A DNA stretch of 64,000 bases from Eledone cirrhosa (lineage: Eukaryota), in contig OZ024741.1 in assembly GCA_964016885.1 (NCBI GenBank), positions 347,820,001 through 347,884,000 of the forward strand, read 5' to 3'. Position numbers and translations under genes: made by a program. The notes under the pieces are model-generated. The model did no database searches. It worked only from the letters and a program-made list of their open reading frames with translations, and had not been told where the DNA came from. This document shows, one piece after another, positions 20,110 to 32,066 of the stretch; within the stretch, counting starts at the first letter, position 1, and every line of letters begins with the position of its first letter.

Positions 20110-21116
20110 TATATATGTACGTATGGATTTACCGAACATTTATTATAATGCTCGGTTTGTTTGTAAACAAACATCTCGAATTAAGCCGTACAGTGTTTAG
20201 CAACCATAGTTGCCCATTTGTTCAACACTGGCAAAGGAACGATGTATTAGTTTCAATCTTATTAGCTGTCGTCAGTTCCGTTTACCTTCCTGCCAGATGA
20301 TTGAATGTCTTAAAGTATAAACTGTCCATATGCATATTAACGGCTGAGCAGCGTAATTTGCACATTGAGTGAGTTAATCGGCCGGGCGCACCGAAAACGA
20401 TAAATGGAAAACATGAAACGAAATTTCATTTCTCACTCCTCACTCTTAGTACGGCTGTTACTTAAATATCAGTATGTATACGTACATACATAATATGCAT
20501 AAGGAAAGTATATACTTTCAGACGTTCAATCATCTGGCAGGAAGGTATACGGTGCTGACGATAGCTAATAAGCTTGAAACTAGTACATCGTTCTTTTGCC
20601 AGTGTTGAACAAAGGGGCAACAATGGCTGCTAAACACTGTACGGCTTAATTCGGGATGTTTGTTTACAAGCAAACCGAGCAATATAATAAATGTTCGGTA
20701 AATCCATACGTACATATATATATGTGTGCATGTATGTATATATATATATATACATACTACTGTATGTACGTATAGATACTTATATTTAAGTAACAGCCGT
20801 AGTAAGAGTGAGTGAGAAATGAAATTTCGTTTCATTTTTTCCATTTATCGTTTTCGGTCTCCCGGCCGATTAACTCACTCAATATGCAAATTACGGTGCT
20901 CAGCCGTTAATATGCATATGGAGAGTTTATACTTCCAGACATTCAATCATCTGGCAGGAAGGTATACGGTACTGACGATAGCTAATAAGCTTGAAACGAC
21001 TACAGCGTTCCTTTGTCAGTGTTGAATAAATGAGCAACGATGGTTGCTAAACACTGTACGGCTTAATTCGTGATGTTTGTTTACAAACAAACCGAGCATT
21101 ATAATAAATGTTCGGT
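20110..21116. mobile_element. Fold-back cassette: one minus copy (20110-20490) and two plus copies (20510-20712, 20760-21116) of a hammerhead-bearing unit
   Basis: Reverse-complement matches, e.g. TTAAGCCGTACAGTGTTTAGCA / TGCTAAACACTGTACGGCTTAA. Confidence 0.85.
20534..20602 (+). ncRNA. Type I hammerhead ribozyme (further copies 20951-21020 + and 20228-20296 -)
   Basis: CUGGCAG GAAGG..CGGUG-CUGACGA-UAGCU AAUA AGCUU-GAAA-CUAG-UA|CAUCG UUCUU UUGCCAG. Extended stem I and palindromic stem III. Confidence 0.9.
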
Positions 21117-21235
21117 GATGTGTGTGTGTGTGTATATATAAATAAATATACACACACAGATACACAGACACACACACATATATATATTTATACAATCATA
21201 TATATATATATGTATTTATATATATATATATATAT

Positions 21236-21338
<103 letters not shown>

Positions 21339-22584
21339 AATACAGTGTGTGAGAGCATGTGATTTTGCGAGTGTTTGTTTATATGCCCTTTGATGTGCAC
21401 ATGTATATATTTATATATTTATCATGTTTATGTGAGGATAAGTCAACGCACGGAAACAATGCAAAACGAAAACGATTTTTTAAGGGGAAACTTTGAAAGA
21501 TTTTTTTCATTTAAATAAAAATGTGACAAAAGGCACAGAACTCCAGGTTCATCGCCTTTGTGAGTTTAGACCCCTACCAACAGTATTGCTGGTACACACT
21601 GGGTTACAGCGTGTTGCACAAGACAAAGCGCTGTACAGTGAAGTTAAACAGTGAGAGGCATACAGATAAATCCAATATTGATTACGATGAAATCAACATT
21701 ATTATGTCTCCTTTAGAAGGGAGGTAGGAAAATACCTTCAAATAGGCAAACATAATATCATACAGATTCAATGCCACTCTATGCTTTCTAACTGAAATTC
21801 AAATAATATTATGACAAATAAATGACTAAATATATCATACTTTTGAAATACTTCACTGAAAATTGTAAGGAACTAGTTTCTCACGATGTAAATAGTTCAA
21901 CAAATTGGAATACAATTTCTAAATATATGCATTTGAGAATTATTTCTTACGAATAAATTGTTAGGTGTTGAATTTATTCAGTAGCAAGTTTAACATATCA
22001 AGCATTCGAGCAAATTCATTCATGCTCTGAGCATTTGGAGTGTATATTGTTTTATAAAGCAATTTTTAAATTAGCAATCTTGACATATTCATCAATTGCA
22101 CAATTAAACGAAACAACTTTACATTGGTTGATTAGAATGTAGCATAGATATAGATATCAAATTGATAGGCCATCTTGTAAGAGTAATACGTGTATAGTTG
22201 TAGGTTATGAAAGTGTGATCTTGCTATATTGAATATGCAGCACCTTTCTGCATCCCTATGTTTCCAGGATTTTAATGTAAAAGTGTTTGTATTATTTGAA
22301 TTAAGGACAAATTGAAAATGAGAGACATGCTCAGAAGCTTTAGTTTACTTGGTTATCATACGCTATACATGTCATTCGTGGGAATTAAATCTTCATCAAT
22401 ACATAGAGGAGCGATTGTCGTATATACCTAGCGCCCACTCCTCACCGTGTTTGATCACAGCCGATTACTTTCAGAGAAAAAGAGAGAGAGGGAAGGAGAA
22501 AAAGTATATATAGAGAGAAAAGTGAGAGAGAGACAGAGACTGTGTGTGTGCGTGTGAGAAAAAGAGAGAATAGACTCAGTTACT

Positions 22585-22720
22585 GAACTGGTATTTAAAA
22601 TCTAGTAACTTGAAAATGTTGAATGAAATGGGTTTTGAACTCAACACAATGAGTTGATGAAATTTTCTGAGGCATTCTATCCATCGTTCAAAGGTTCCTA
22701 CCGATTCGACACCTTATCCT
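22585..22720 (-). mobile_element. Old degenerate tRNA-SINE copy
   Basis: Weak similarity to 57147-57334 (TTTGAACTCA B-box complement, GCAT, CTACCGAT). Confidence 0.4.
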
Positions 22721-23657
22721 ATACTATATTCTTTGTGAAACACATGAAACAGAAAATTGATATCCTTAACAACACTATGTTGTAGAATTAGGGTCACTGG
22801 GCAATCACATATAGCCAGAGATTTTAGGATCATAATCACTGATTCCAATTCAAATTAGTTGTGTTCTATGCACAATATGGTACAGTATGTTACTGTTAAC
22901 TTTTTACTTCACACTTATACATTAATTACTGTGTTGTATTCGAATTTAATTTCATGGTGGTAGAAACGTTTTTAACAATTTAAATATATAACACGAATCT
23001 GAAAATTAATTTATATTTATACTTCGTGAGGTGAAAACTGTTTCCTCTCATCTGAACAATCTGGTTATCTGGCACAGTTCCAGTAAACATTTCTTGAAAG
23101 TGAGACGATATCTTTGACATATCACGAAATAAGTGAAAGGTGAATATAAGTACTTGTTCTGTTTTAATGCAAATCATTTAATTTAATTGCAATGTAATTC
23201 ATTCAGATTCAACGCACTTGTGAGACGTACAATACTGAATTTAATTTGCACTACCAGTATTTATAATTTCTAGTGTATTTGTTCCATCACTCTCTAAACG
23301 AAACAAAAGCCTTTAATTAGTATAATACACACACTCACACATGTGTGCAAGTATACAAAAACACATAACTTTATAAGAAAACACATTTGGGCGGACATTG
23401 ACAGTGAAATGTTAATTTTGTATTTTTCAACATTCGCACATTATTGACAACCAAGTAAGTGATAAAGCGGCAGCTATCGATGAAAGATTATCATATATCT
23501 ATGGACCAATGAAACTAACTCTCTATCTAACCGTCTATTCCTCTTTCTGTCGGTTTGTTTGTCTATCTTTTTCTATCTTTAATATGTCTATCTCTTTACC
23601 TATTTGCCTTTTTATCAATTCGCCTTTCTGTCAGGTTGTATTGCAAGCTGTATGTTC

Positions 23658-23721
<64 letters not shown>
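23658..23721 (+). repeat. (TATC)n tract opening the LINE array; further tracts at 29452-29509, 29900-29971, 35717-35736, 41071-41106 (inverted), 45134-45254, 48752-48808
   Basis: Direct reading. Confidence 0.95.
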
Positions 23722-23936
23722 CTGGGATGGACACACGCGTATAACTTGCTGAGTAAGTTCTGTTTAAATTTCTATAGAAATTCTTGTCTGATAACTTTAA
23801 TTTTTGTACCATTTTGTAGAGGGACTGCCAGATCAAACTTTGATCTGGTCAGTCTCTCAAAATATTCTACGCCTTTAGGCGAAATAGTTAAACAAAAAAA
23901 AAGTTTTTTCTTGTTGAAAAGTCAATATTTTTTTAA

Positions 23937-25724
23937 ATGGCCGAAGCTTCTTCACCAAAATTCGAAGGAGGAAAGGGGAAGATGAACTTACAGCTTCCCC
24001 CTGCCACTGTCACAGTAGCAGAGGTCAAGAAGAAAGGTCAGCCAGAGGAAGAATTCTCTCCACCTGTTAACCGACAACTTGACGTTGCCATGGCAACAAC
24101 TCAAAGAACCAGCAGCAACAGCAACAACAACAATGCGACGGACGAAAACAACACCAATAACAATAACAATAACAACAACAAGACCAATAACGGTGACAAC
24201 AACAACAATGATAACAACAACACCACCAACGACAACAACAACACAAACAAACAAAATTTCTCCTTCGCCGAGACGACAAGGAAAACCCTTGACTATCTGC
24301 CAGTAGATATAACAAAAGCGAAGGAGCTACTGGCGGATGCGAAAAAATATATAGTGTACGGGGAAAATGGTTCATTCACAATCCATTCCCCCCCGGAACT
24401 AAAAAGCCAGAGACTCCTAAACACGGTCATGTTTAGGACAATCTCGAACAAAAGTAAAAAACCAGCTCAACCATCACAGAGCGAGATAGAGCTGGTTTTA
24501 AAAGACGTCATGAAGGACATCACCTTCATTCAGAAGGATAGACTCTACGGGAGTCTATCCATTCTCATGAAGGACAGGGACACAGCAGTGAAACTGTCCA
24601 TCAAACCAATCACATCCACCGCATACACCTTCTACCCTACGTACATGGGTAGAAGAACACAAAAAATAAAAATCCACACCATCCTGCCGATTATGGACAT
24701 ATGGTGGGTTTTGACAGGTTTTCTGGACCTGGAGGATGACATGCTGGTGTCCATGGGAAAGGCATCGGGTGACGCGTTCAGTGGAACGAGCCTCGAACTT
24801 GTAGTTCAAATGAGGCCCGAAAGGATCGCCCAGATCCCTGAACGCGTCATACTGGATGATCTAACCTTCATCAACATTACCGTTGAGGGTAGACGGCCCT
24901 CGTGTTACCTCTGCGGAACCAGAGGTCACCTGAGGGCTGTCTGTCCCCAACTTAATAAGAAAACCCCAATCCTGCCTACACCACCAACAACTGCACAACC
25001 AACACAATCACCACAACTACCACTACAAAAACAACCACCACAGCTCAAACCAAAACAAAACAATGTCCAACCCATCCCCTCCACTCAAAAAACAAAAACA
25101 ATTTCCAAAACACCCGTACCGCAAACACAACCCGAAAATATACCCCTCCCCTCCAACGCGGAAGATGACCCTAGTTCGTCGTCAGACGAGGAGGAGCACT
25201 TCCACACAATCAAAAGAAAAAAAAGAAAACACACCTCAGACACACAAATGAAAAAAAACCCTCTTCAAAACATAACACTGACACCAACACAAAAGAGCTC
25301 ACAACAACAGCAAACAAAAAACACCACACAAAAACAAAAACATGCATACACATACATAAATACAAGAAACAAAAAACTGTTAAACATTGTGTACAACAAC
25401 AATCTAATAAAAACACAAGGGCCTAACTTCACCCAGGCAGGGGATTTCCCCCACCTCAAAATGATTAAGGCCCCACAGGACACCTATAAAACTTTAAAAA
25501 ACAATTTTAAAGAGGACGTGGGTCCCCCCTGCGTCGGGCCCATTAACCGCGTCCTCCTAAAAAACTATCCCACCCCCTCCCCAAACACCCACACAACTCC
25601 AAGCTCCCCAACCACACATCACACTGATGCCCCCACACTTCCACAAACCACCACCCCACCCAACACCCCATCCCCCACCCTAATGAAATTTGTGCAGCCC
25701 GATACCCGGGACGCAGAGAGGTAA
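23937..25724 (+). CDS. ORF1 protein, 595 aa (poly-Asn N-terminus, CCHC knuckle CYLCGTRGHLRAVC, P/Q/T linker, conserved C-terminal domain)
   Basis: Intact ORF upstream of APE-RT. Homologous to ORF1 of copies 2-4. Confidence 0.9.
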   Translation: MAEASSPKFEGGKGKMNLQLPPATVTVAEVKKKGQPEEEFSPPVNRQLDVAMATTQRTSSNSNNNNATDENNTNNNNNNNNKTNNGDNNNNDNNNTTNDNNNTNKQNFSFAETTRKTLDYLPVDITKAKELLADAKKYIVYGENGSFTIHSPPELKSQRLLNTVMFRTISNKSKKPAQPSQSEIELVLKDVMKDITFIQKDRLYGSLSILMKDRDTAVKLSIKPITSTAYTFYPTYMGRRTQKIKIHTILPIMDIWWVLTGFLDLEDDMLVSMGKASGDAFSGTSLELVVQMRPERIAQIPERVILDDLTFINITVEGRRPSCYLCGTRGHLRAVCPQLNKKTPILPTPPTTAQPTQSPQLPLQKQPPQLKPKQNNVQPIPSTQKTKTISKTPVPQTQPENIPLPSNAEDDPSSSSDEEEHFHTIKRKKRKHTSDTQMKKNPLQNITLTPTQKSSQQQQTKNTTQKQKHAYTYINTRNKKLLNIVYNNNLIKTQGPNFTQAGDFPHLKMIKAPQDTYKTLKNNFKEDVGPPCVGPINRVLLKNYPTPSPNTHTTPSSPTTHHTDAPTLPQTTTPPNTPSPTLMKFVQPDTRDAER

Positions 25725-25748
25725 GTGCCTTTTCTCTTCACTACCAAC

Positions 25749-28700
25749 ATGGCTATGCTAAGAGTAGGCTGTTTAAATGCGCGTGGCCTGGGCTCAACTT
25801 GGAAGCAAGCAATGCTTCTAAATGACCTCAGGTCACAACGTATAGATGTGATGGTTATTTGCGAGGCCCGGATCAGCAACGTGCGACAGCTGGCCCCCGC
25901 CTTTGATGACTTTGAGATGCACGCATCTCTCTGTCAGCCCGGAGGCGGGGGTGGAGTTGTCGTTCTGCTGCAAAAACATCTGGGTCTCGCAACACAGATG
26001 GTACATTTGGACCCGGAGGGTCGACTAGTGGTTCTGGACCTTGGCAGTGGTAAAGGCGGAGCGTTTAGGTTGGTAGCCGCCTACGGCCCTTTCGGGTCAA
26101 TGCGGCCGGACTTCTTCCATCGTCTGGAGACTTTTCTAGGGACGTCCCGCTCCTTGCTATTAGTGGGGGACTGGAATGGTATCCTAGATGCACGCTGGAA
26201 CTACGTAGGGGCCTGCCCCGATAGAGAGGGGTGTAATAGCCTCAAAGGGTTAATCGGTCGATTTGACCTGGCCGATAGATATCGACTAGATTTTCCGACT
26301 GCGCCAACCTGGACTTGGGCAAATCGTAGCGGATCATCTAGGTCGTACCTAGATAGGTTCTTAGTTAGAATTAAGGATAAGGACTTTTTAAGTTGTCCAA
26401 AAATGCACATGGTTGGCTATTCAGACCACAAATTAGTGACCTGCATGGTCAACCTTGACAGAACTCATAGACAGGGCCCCGGTTACTGGAAGCTCAACTT
26501 GTCCTTGCCGGCAAGTAGAGCCTACAGGAATCGGATTAGTACGTTAGTTAAGGAACGGTTGACTGGAGCGATCGTCAACAGCAGGTGGTGGGTATCTCTA
26601 AAGAGAGAGATTAGAGTAGTCTCGATAGAATTTAGTAAGGTTCTAGCTGCGGATAGGAATAGGAAGGAAAGGGAGCTAATAGATAGAGTAGAAGAGGCAA
26701 TTAGAAGCGGCGACGTGGCCAGAGTGCTAGCGTCGAGAACGGCTTTGAGCCAGTTTTTCGACGCGAAGCACGAAGGCTGCGTTGTCCGAAGTAAAATACG
26801 TGCTCTAGGGAACGAGGGGACCAAAGCTGTTAGCTGGGCCCGCGTGACAGAGGCCAACAGTGGAACTAAATCCACCATCCGGTCTTTGCGAGACCTGGAT
26901 GGACGAGCGATTCTTGAGCCTAAGCAGATGTGTGAGGCCTTTCAAAGGCACTTTGCCCGACTGTTCGGGAGGGGCGGGGAGCCGGTTGGGAACGTGGACT
27001 TCGGTCCATACCTCGACGGCCTGCCGCGCCTCTCGGACAGGGAGGCGAAGTCCTGCGAGGAGCCGATTTCGGCCGCTGAGATAGAGGACGTGCTGAGCCA
27101 ATGCGGCAAACGCAAATCCCCGGGTCTCGATGGTCTTCCTTACGAATTATATCTAGCTATGCCGGACTTGTTCCCCGATCTCCTCGAGGTGGTCTACTGC
27201 AACTGGAAACAGAACGGGAGAATTCCCTGTACTGTGACCAAGGGCGTAGTCACGCTAGTGAGGAAGGACGAGAACAAGGGGGACGAAATAAGTAACTTCA
27301 GGCCCATAACACTGCTAAATACAGAGTTACAGATTTTGGCCAAGGTGCTAGCAAAGAGGTTGGCGCTTGTCGTGGGCAACCTGGTGGGAGATGCGCAGAC
27401 ATGCGCTATCCCGTCCAGGTCCATCCATGACAACCTCCACCTCATGCGATACATCATAGAGAGGGTTGGGAACGAACCCGGCTTTGGTGGGGCTCTGATC
27501 AACTTGGATCAATCTAAGGCGTTCGATAGGGTCGACCATGGTTACCTGGAGGGCGGTGCTAGCGGCGGCAGGCTTCGGACCCGTTTTCAGGGGCTGGATC
27601 ACTGCTATGCACAGCAGCCGCATCTGCTCTAGGGTCAAGGTGAACGGCTACCTCTCGGAGCCGTTCAAAATCGCGCGGTCCATCCGACAAGGGTGCCCTC
27701 TCTCCTCCCTTCTGTATGTGTTGACTCTAGAGCCACTACTGCGGAAGTTGGAGTTGTTGCAGGGCATCCCTTTGGAACCGGGATTGCGGAAAGCGGTGTC
27801 GGCCTACGCCGATGACGTGACAGTAATGGTGTCGACGGCCTCCGAAATCGAGGCGGTCGGCACCTTACTGGAGGAGTACGAAAAGTTCACAGGGGCTAAG
27901 CTGAACCGGGACAAGTCGATCGGTTTGCAACACGGCACGTGGAGGGGCAGACCGATGCCCTCCGACGGCGTCGTCGGACGCTGGACGGAGGGCCCGGTGA
28001 AGTTGCTCGGGGTCTGGTTCGGACCGGACCTCCAGGTGGAGAAAAACTGGGCGGAGGTTACGAACAGGGTGTTTGCACTGACCCAGAAGTGGGCCAGTTG
28101 CAAACTATCCCTGAAAGGTCGGGCGGAGGTGGCGAACACCTACATAGCGTCCGTCATCTACTACCGCCTGACCGTAGTGCCCTGCCCAAGGGAAACCCTC
28201 AGCAAGATGGAGCGCGCGCTCTTCCAATTCCTTTGGAAGAGGCGGGCTCCTATGGTGAGGAGATCCATCTGCTGTCAACACTCTTCGAAAGGAGGGCTGG
28301 GGATGCCGTGGCTAATGATGCGTAAACACGCATTAAGGCTACGGCACCTCTACGTATTCCTCACCGGACAACCGGTGTGGGCCTCGTTTGTAAGACGAAC
28401 CTTTCCCAGACTCGTCTCACTCACCGAGCTGCAATCCTGGGTCAAGCAAAGACCGAGAAAACTGGGCGCCTGGCACACTGAGTGTGCCCAGGCGCTCACC
28501 GCCCTCTGGCAGGCGGATCCGGTTATCAGTGGAGACTCCACCGCAACATTCTATAGAGGGCTGGTACGCAGCAGGTGCGACGACGCCCTCGGAGAAGCCC
28601 TAGACATGGAGGAGGAAGAACTGGCCAGCCTGTTCGGTAGGACATTCAGCCCGGGACCTATGGACAACTTTCAGAAGTCCCTGGCCTGGCAGTGCTACCG

Positions 28701-29187
28701 AGGGGCTTTACCCGTTCGAGAATGGCTCTACAGACACGGGCGCCCGGGTAGGGACCCCGCCAAAAAGATCTGTCCCAGATGCGTGTGCGACGAGGAAACC
28801 GTTGCACACGCATTGGTACACTGCTCGGGCGTAGCCGATCTGTGGGGCTATGTCGAACAACTGCTGTCAAGGGTGGGACCGATCCGGTTGACCACCGAGT
28901 CTATTGTAATGATCAAGCCGCCTCCCCCCTTCAAAGATGAAGCAGAGGCGGTGTTTCTGTGCGTAATAGCCATGGCGAAAGAGGTTGTATGGTGGACGCG
29001 TCTGAAAGGACTGAGGTCAGGCACCTTTCTCTCTGGCCAACAACTGGTCCGTTTCTTCCGATATCATTTCGGAAGAAGGATCAGGATGGAGAGAGAGGTG
29101 CTGCACCCCAGTCGTTTTTATGAAAGGTGGGTGAAAGTGGCGAGAATGGCCCGTGTGAATGGGCCTTCTCTTTACATAAGCCTGTAG
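25749..29187 (+). CDS. ORF2: APE endonuclease - reverse transcriptase - C-terminal Zn motif; one frameshift near 27550
   Basis: LNARG, GDWN, YLDRFL, SDH; KSPGLDG, FRPITLLN, DQSKAFDRV, QGCPLS, YADD; CPRC..ET..HALVHC. One extra base versus the siblings (CTGGAGGGCG vs CTGGATGCG), which could be a sequencing error. Confidence 0.9.
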
Positions 29188-29450
29188 GTGGAAAAGAGGA
29201 AGGAACGAGGGAGCACCCCCTCTCTGTGCTCCTGAGGAAAAGGGTTGCACACTTTTTTCGGGGGTGTGTGCGACCCCCCAAGGCGCCTCCTCTCTATTGA
29301 GGATTTTGTTAAAAATTTTATTTTTTGTTATATCTTATTTTATTTTTATATTTTGTTATTGCCTCCTCCTTATTGAGGACGCCTTTTTGTGTAAACTCCC
29401 CCCTTTGTACTTGTCCCACTTTTGATGCCCTAGTGGCAAATAAAAGAAAC

Positions 29451-29509
<59 letters not shown>

Positions 29510-29899
29510 CCAGCAACTGATTCTTTTTTTCAAATACCACTTTGGAAGAAGAATAAGGATGAAGAGGGAGGTGCTGTACCCCAGCAAGTTTTATGAAAGG
29601 TGGGTGAAAGTGGCGAGAATGGCCCGAGTGAATGGGCCTTCTCTCTAGATCAGCCTGTAGGCTGAGGAAAAGGAGGAGGAGAGGAAAGGCGTACAAACTC
29701 TTCGTACTCCTGGAGATGAAGGTTGCAAATTGTTTCGGGGGTATGTGTTACCCATATGAACTGTCTTCCCCTATTGGGGAAAATCGACTAATTTTTTAAA
29801 TTGCATTTGTAATAATATTTTACACGTTTTTATTGTATGTAAACTTCCCCCTTTGTATTTGTCCCCTTCTTTTGTGACCCTGTGGCTAATAAAGAAACA
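29510..29899 (+). mobile_element. 5'-truncated Tx1-like copy (ORF2 end + 3' UTR)
   Basis: QQLILFFKYHFGRRIRM..NGPSL, then 3' UTR with AATAAA. (TATC)n on both sides. Confidence 0.9.
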
Positions 29900-29921
29900 T
29901 ATCTATCTATCTCTCTATCTC

Positions 29922-29972
<51 letters not shown>

Positions 29973-30207
29973 CCCTCATCTAGCTGTCGTCTGTTCTACA
30001 GTGTGGATGTCATTCACTTCGCACAGAAGTTCTGTTCAAATTTATTGAGGAAATTTTGTGAGTTCAAACTTAATTTTGATACAATTGTGTAGCTTGACCC
30101 TCCGTCTGAACTGTCAGACGGTGGGTCAGCTCATCTTTACCCCTCCTAGAGGTGAAAAACCTGTTTTAAACAATTTTTGTGTAAGAAATTTCAATCGTCT
30201 AACAGAA

Positions 30208-32033
30208 ATGTTAAACGCAGCGAACGAAAATAGTGGTGGGGGGACAGCGGTAAGAGTTGTAAGCTCGCACGCTTGAGTACCCCCTTCCTTCCCAACTAAC
30301 GTCATAGAGAAGGAAGGAAAAATTAAAATAAAAACAGACGAATCTGCGGAGAAAAAAAAAATGACGAAAAAACAAATCTGGACTTGGATTCCAACAACGA
30401 AAAAAAAAAAATTTGATAAATTGCATGACAATACTAATAACACAAACAAAGACACAACAAACACAAAAATAACATTTGAAAATAACACCATATCAGAAAA
30501 CAAAGCAGACGACAAGATTTCATTTGCACAGAAAACAAAGAAATCTTTGACTTATATAGCGGAAAACATTTCAGATGTGGTACGAAGGATCACGGACGCC
30601 AAACAATACATAAGTGAAGGAGAGAATGGTATTTTATCGGTAAAAATGCCTCAAGAATTCACGAAAGACATTGAAAGCCGAACGGTCAAGTTTCGGACCA
30701 TCAACAACAGTACAAAAAAACCTGAACAGCCTTCTCAAGCAGATATCAAAACAGTACTCACAGAAGTACTTAATGAAACCACTTTCATAAGAAAAGACAG
30801 ACTGTATGGAAGCCTAGCAATTATCATGAAGAACGAATCGGCGGCAAAAAAATGTGCTTTGTCACCGATTCGTTCGAAAAATGTCACCTTTTATCCATCT
30901 TATATGGGGAAAAGAACTCAACGCATATGGCTGGATGCAATGATGCCAGATGTGGACTACTGCTGGCTCATAGCTGGCTTCATCGATCCAGTAAATGACA
31001 ACGTGATTTCCATTGGGAAAACCACAGGCAATGCGTTCAGTGGAACAGGTATAGAGCTGGTAGTACACATGAAGCCTGAACGCATCGCCCAAATACCCGA
31101 CAGAATCCTATTAGAGGACCACGGGTATATAAACATTAGCGTGGAGGGGAGAATGCCGTCCTGCCATATCTGTGCAGGAAGAGGGCACCTGAAGGCCGCT
31201 TGTCCCCAACTCAACAAAAAGAAAACCCTGCTACCAACACCAGCTCCACCACCACCACCACAACAGATAAACAAACAACAAAACTCAGTCCCACCCAACC
31301 CGTCCCTCAGTAAAACCACAACACCACCACAACACAAACAGTCACAACACATTACCCCAAAACAAAATACAGGCCCACCCAACCTCTCACTCAATAAAAC
31401 AACACAACCACCGCAGACACAACACACAACACAGTCTAACATAGTGACATCCATCTCACCCACAAAGAAAACCAACACGGAAACATTACCAGCAAACATA
31501 CCTCTTCCCTCCAACACTGGGGAAGAGGTATGTTTGCTGGTAATGTTTCCGTGTTGGTTTTCTTTGTGGGGGAGATGGATGTCATTCCAGCAACAAACAA
31601 AACCAAACCTGCCCCTCCCCTCTTCGAAACACTCACACCATCGGAAAAAAAGACATTACACTATACTTACATCAACAGAAACAATAATAAATTAAATGAG
31701 CTCATATACAATAATCCTTCGGTACAAACCGAAGGTGTAAACTTTGTTTCGTCAGAAAACTACCCACATTTAAAACTAATAAAGATCCCAATGAACCTCT
31801 ACCAAAAACTAAAAAAGGATTTTAAGGAGGACGTAGGACCACCCTCTGTCAAACCCATAAACCGCGTCCTACTAAAAATCTTTCCCCCTCCCCTTCCCCT
31901 CCCCAACACAACTCCAAACACCCCAACCCCACCACACACTGACGACCCCACACCACCACAAGACACCCCTTCACCCAACACCCCCGACGCCATGGAAGTC
32001 GTGCAACCCGAACCCCGGGAAGCGGAAAGGTAG
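30208..32033 (+). pseudogene. Copy 2 ORF1 (in-frame TGA 30274-30276; internal inverted duplication 31445-31584)
   Basis: ATG 30208 is in frame with the 30361 ORF. CHICAGRGHLKAAC knuckle. The C-terminal domain lies in a shifted frame and ends EAER*. Confidence 0.82.
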
Positions 32034-32066
32034 GTCTCTACACTCTCCTTTGGCTCTGCCGCCCAC

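Larger units (their letters stand above)
23722..29451 (+). mobile_element. L1/Tx1-like LINE, copy 1 (subfamily A), full length ~5.7 kb
   Basis: 5' UTR, ORF1, ORF2 and 3' UTR with AATAAA, then (TATC)n. No poly(A). Confidence 0.93.

Noticed and set aside
22980-23177. Possible host exon (MSKISSHFQEMFTGTVPDNQ..) in unique sequence
   Set aside because: Short, no recognisable homology, no convincing splice sites.
30274-30276. In-frame TGA in copy 2 ORF1 as programmed recoding or selenocysteine
   Set aside because: Seen in a single copy that has other disabling lesions. No SECIS-like evidence.
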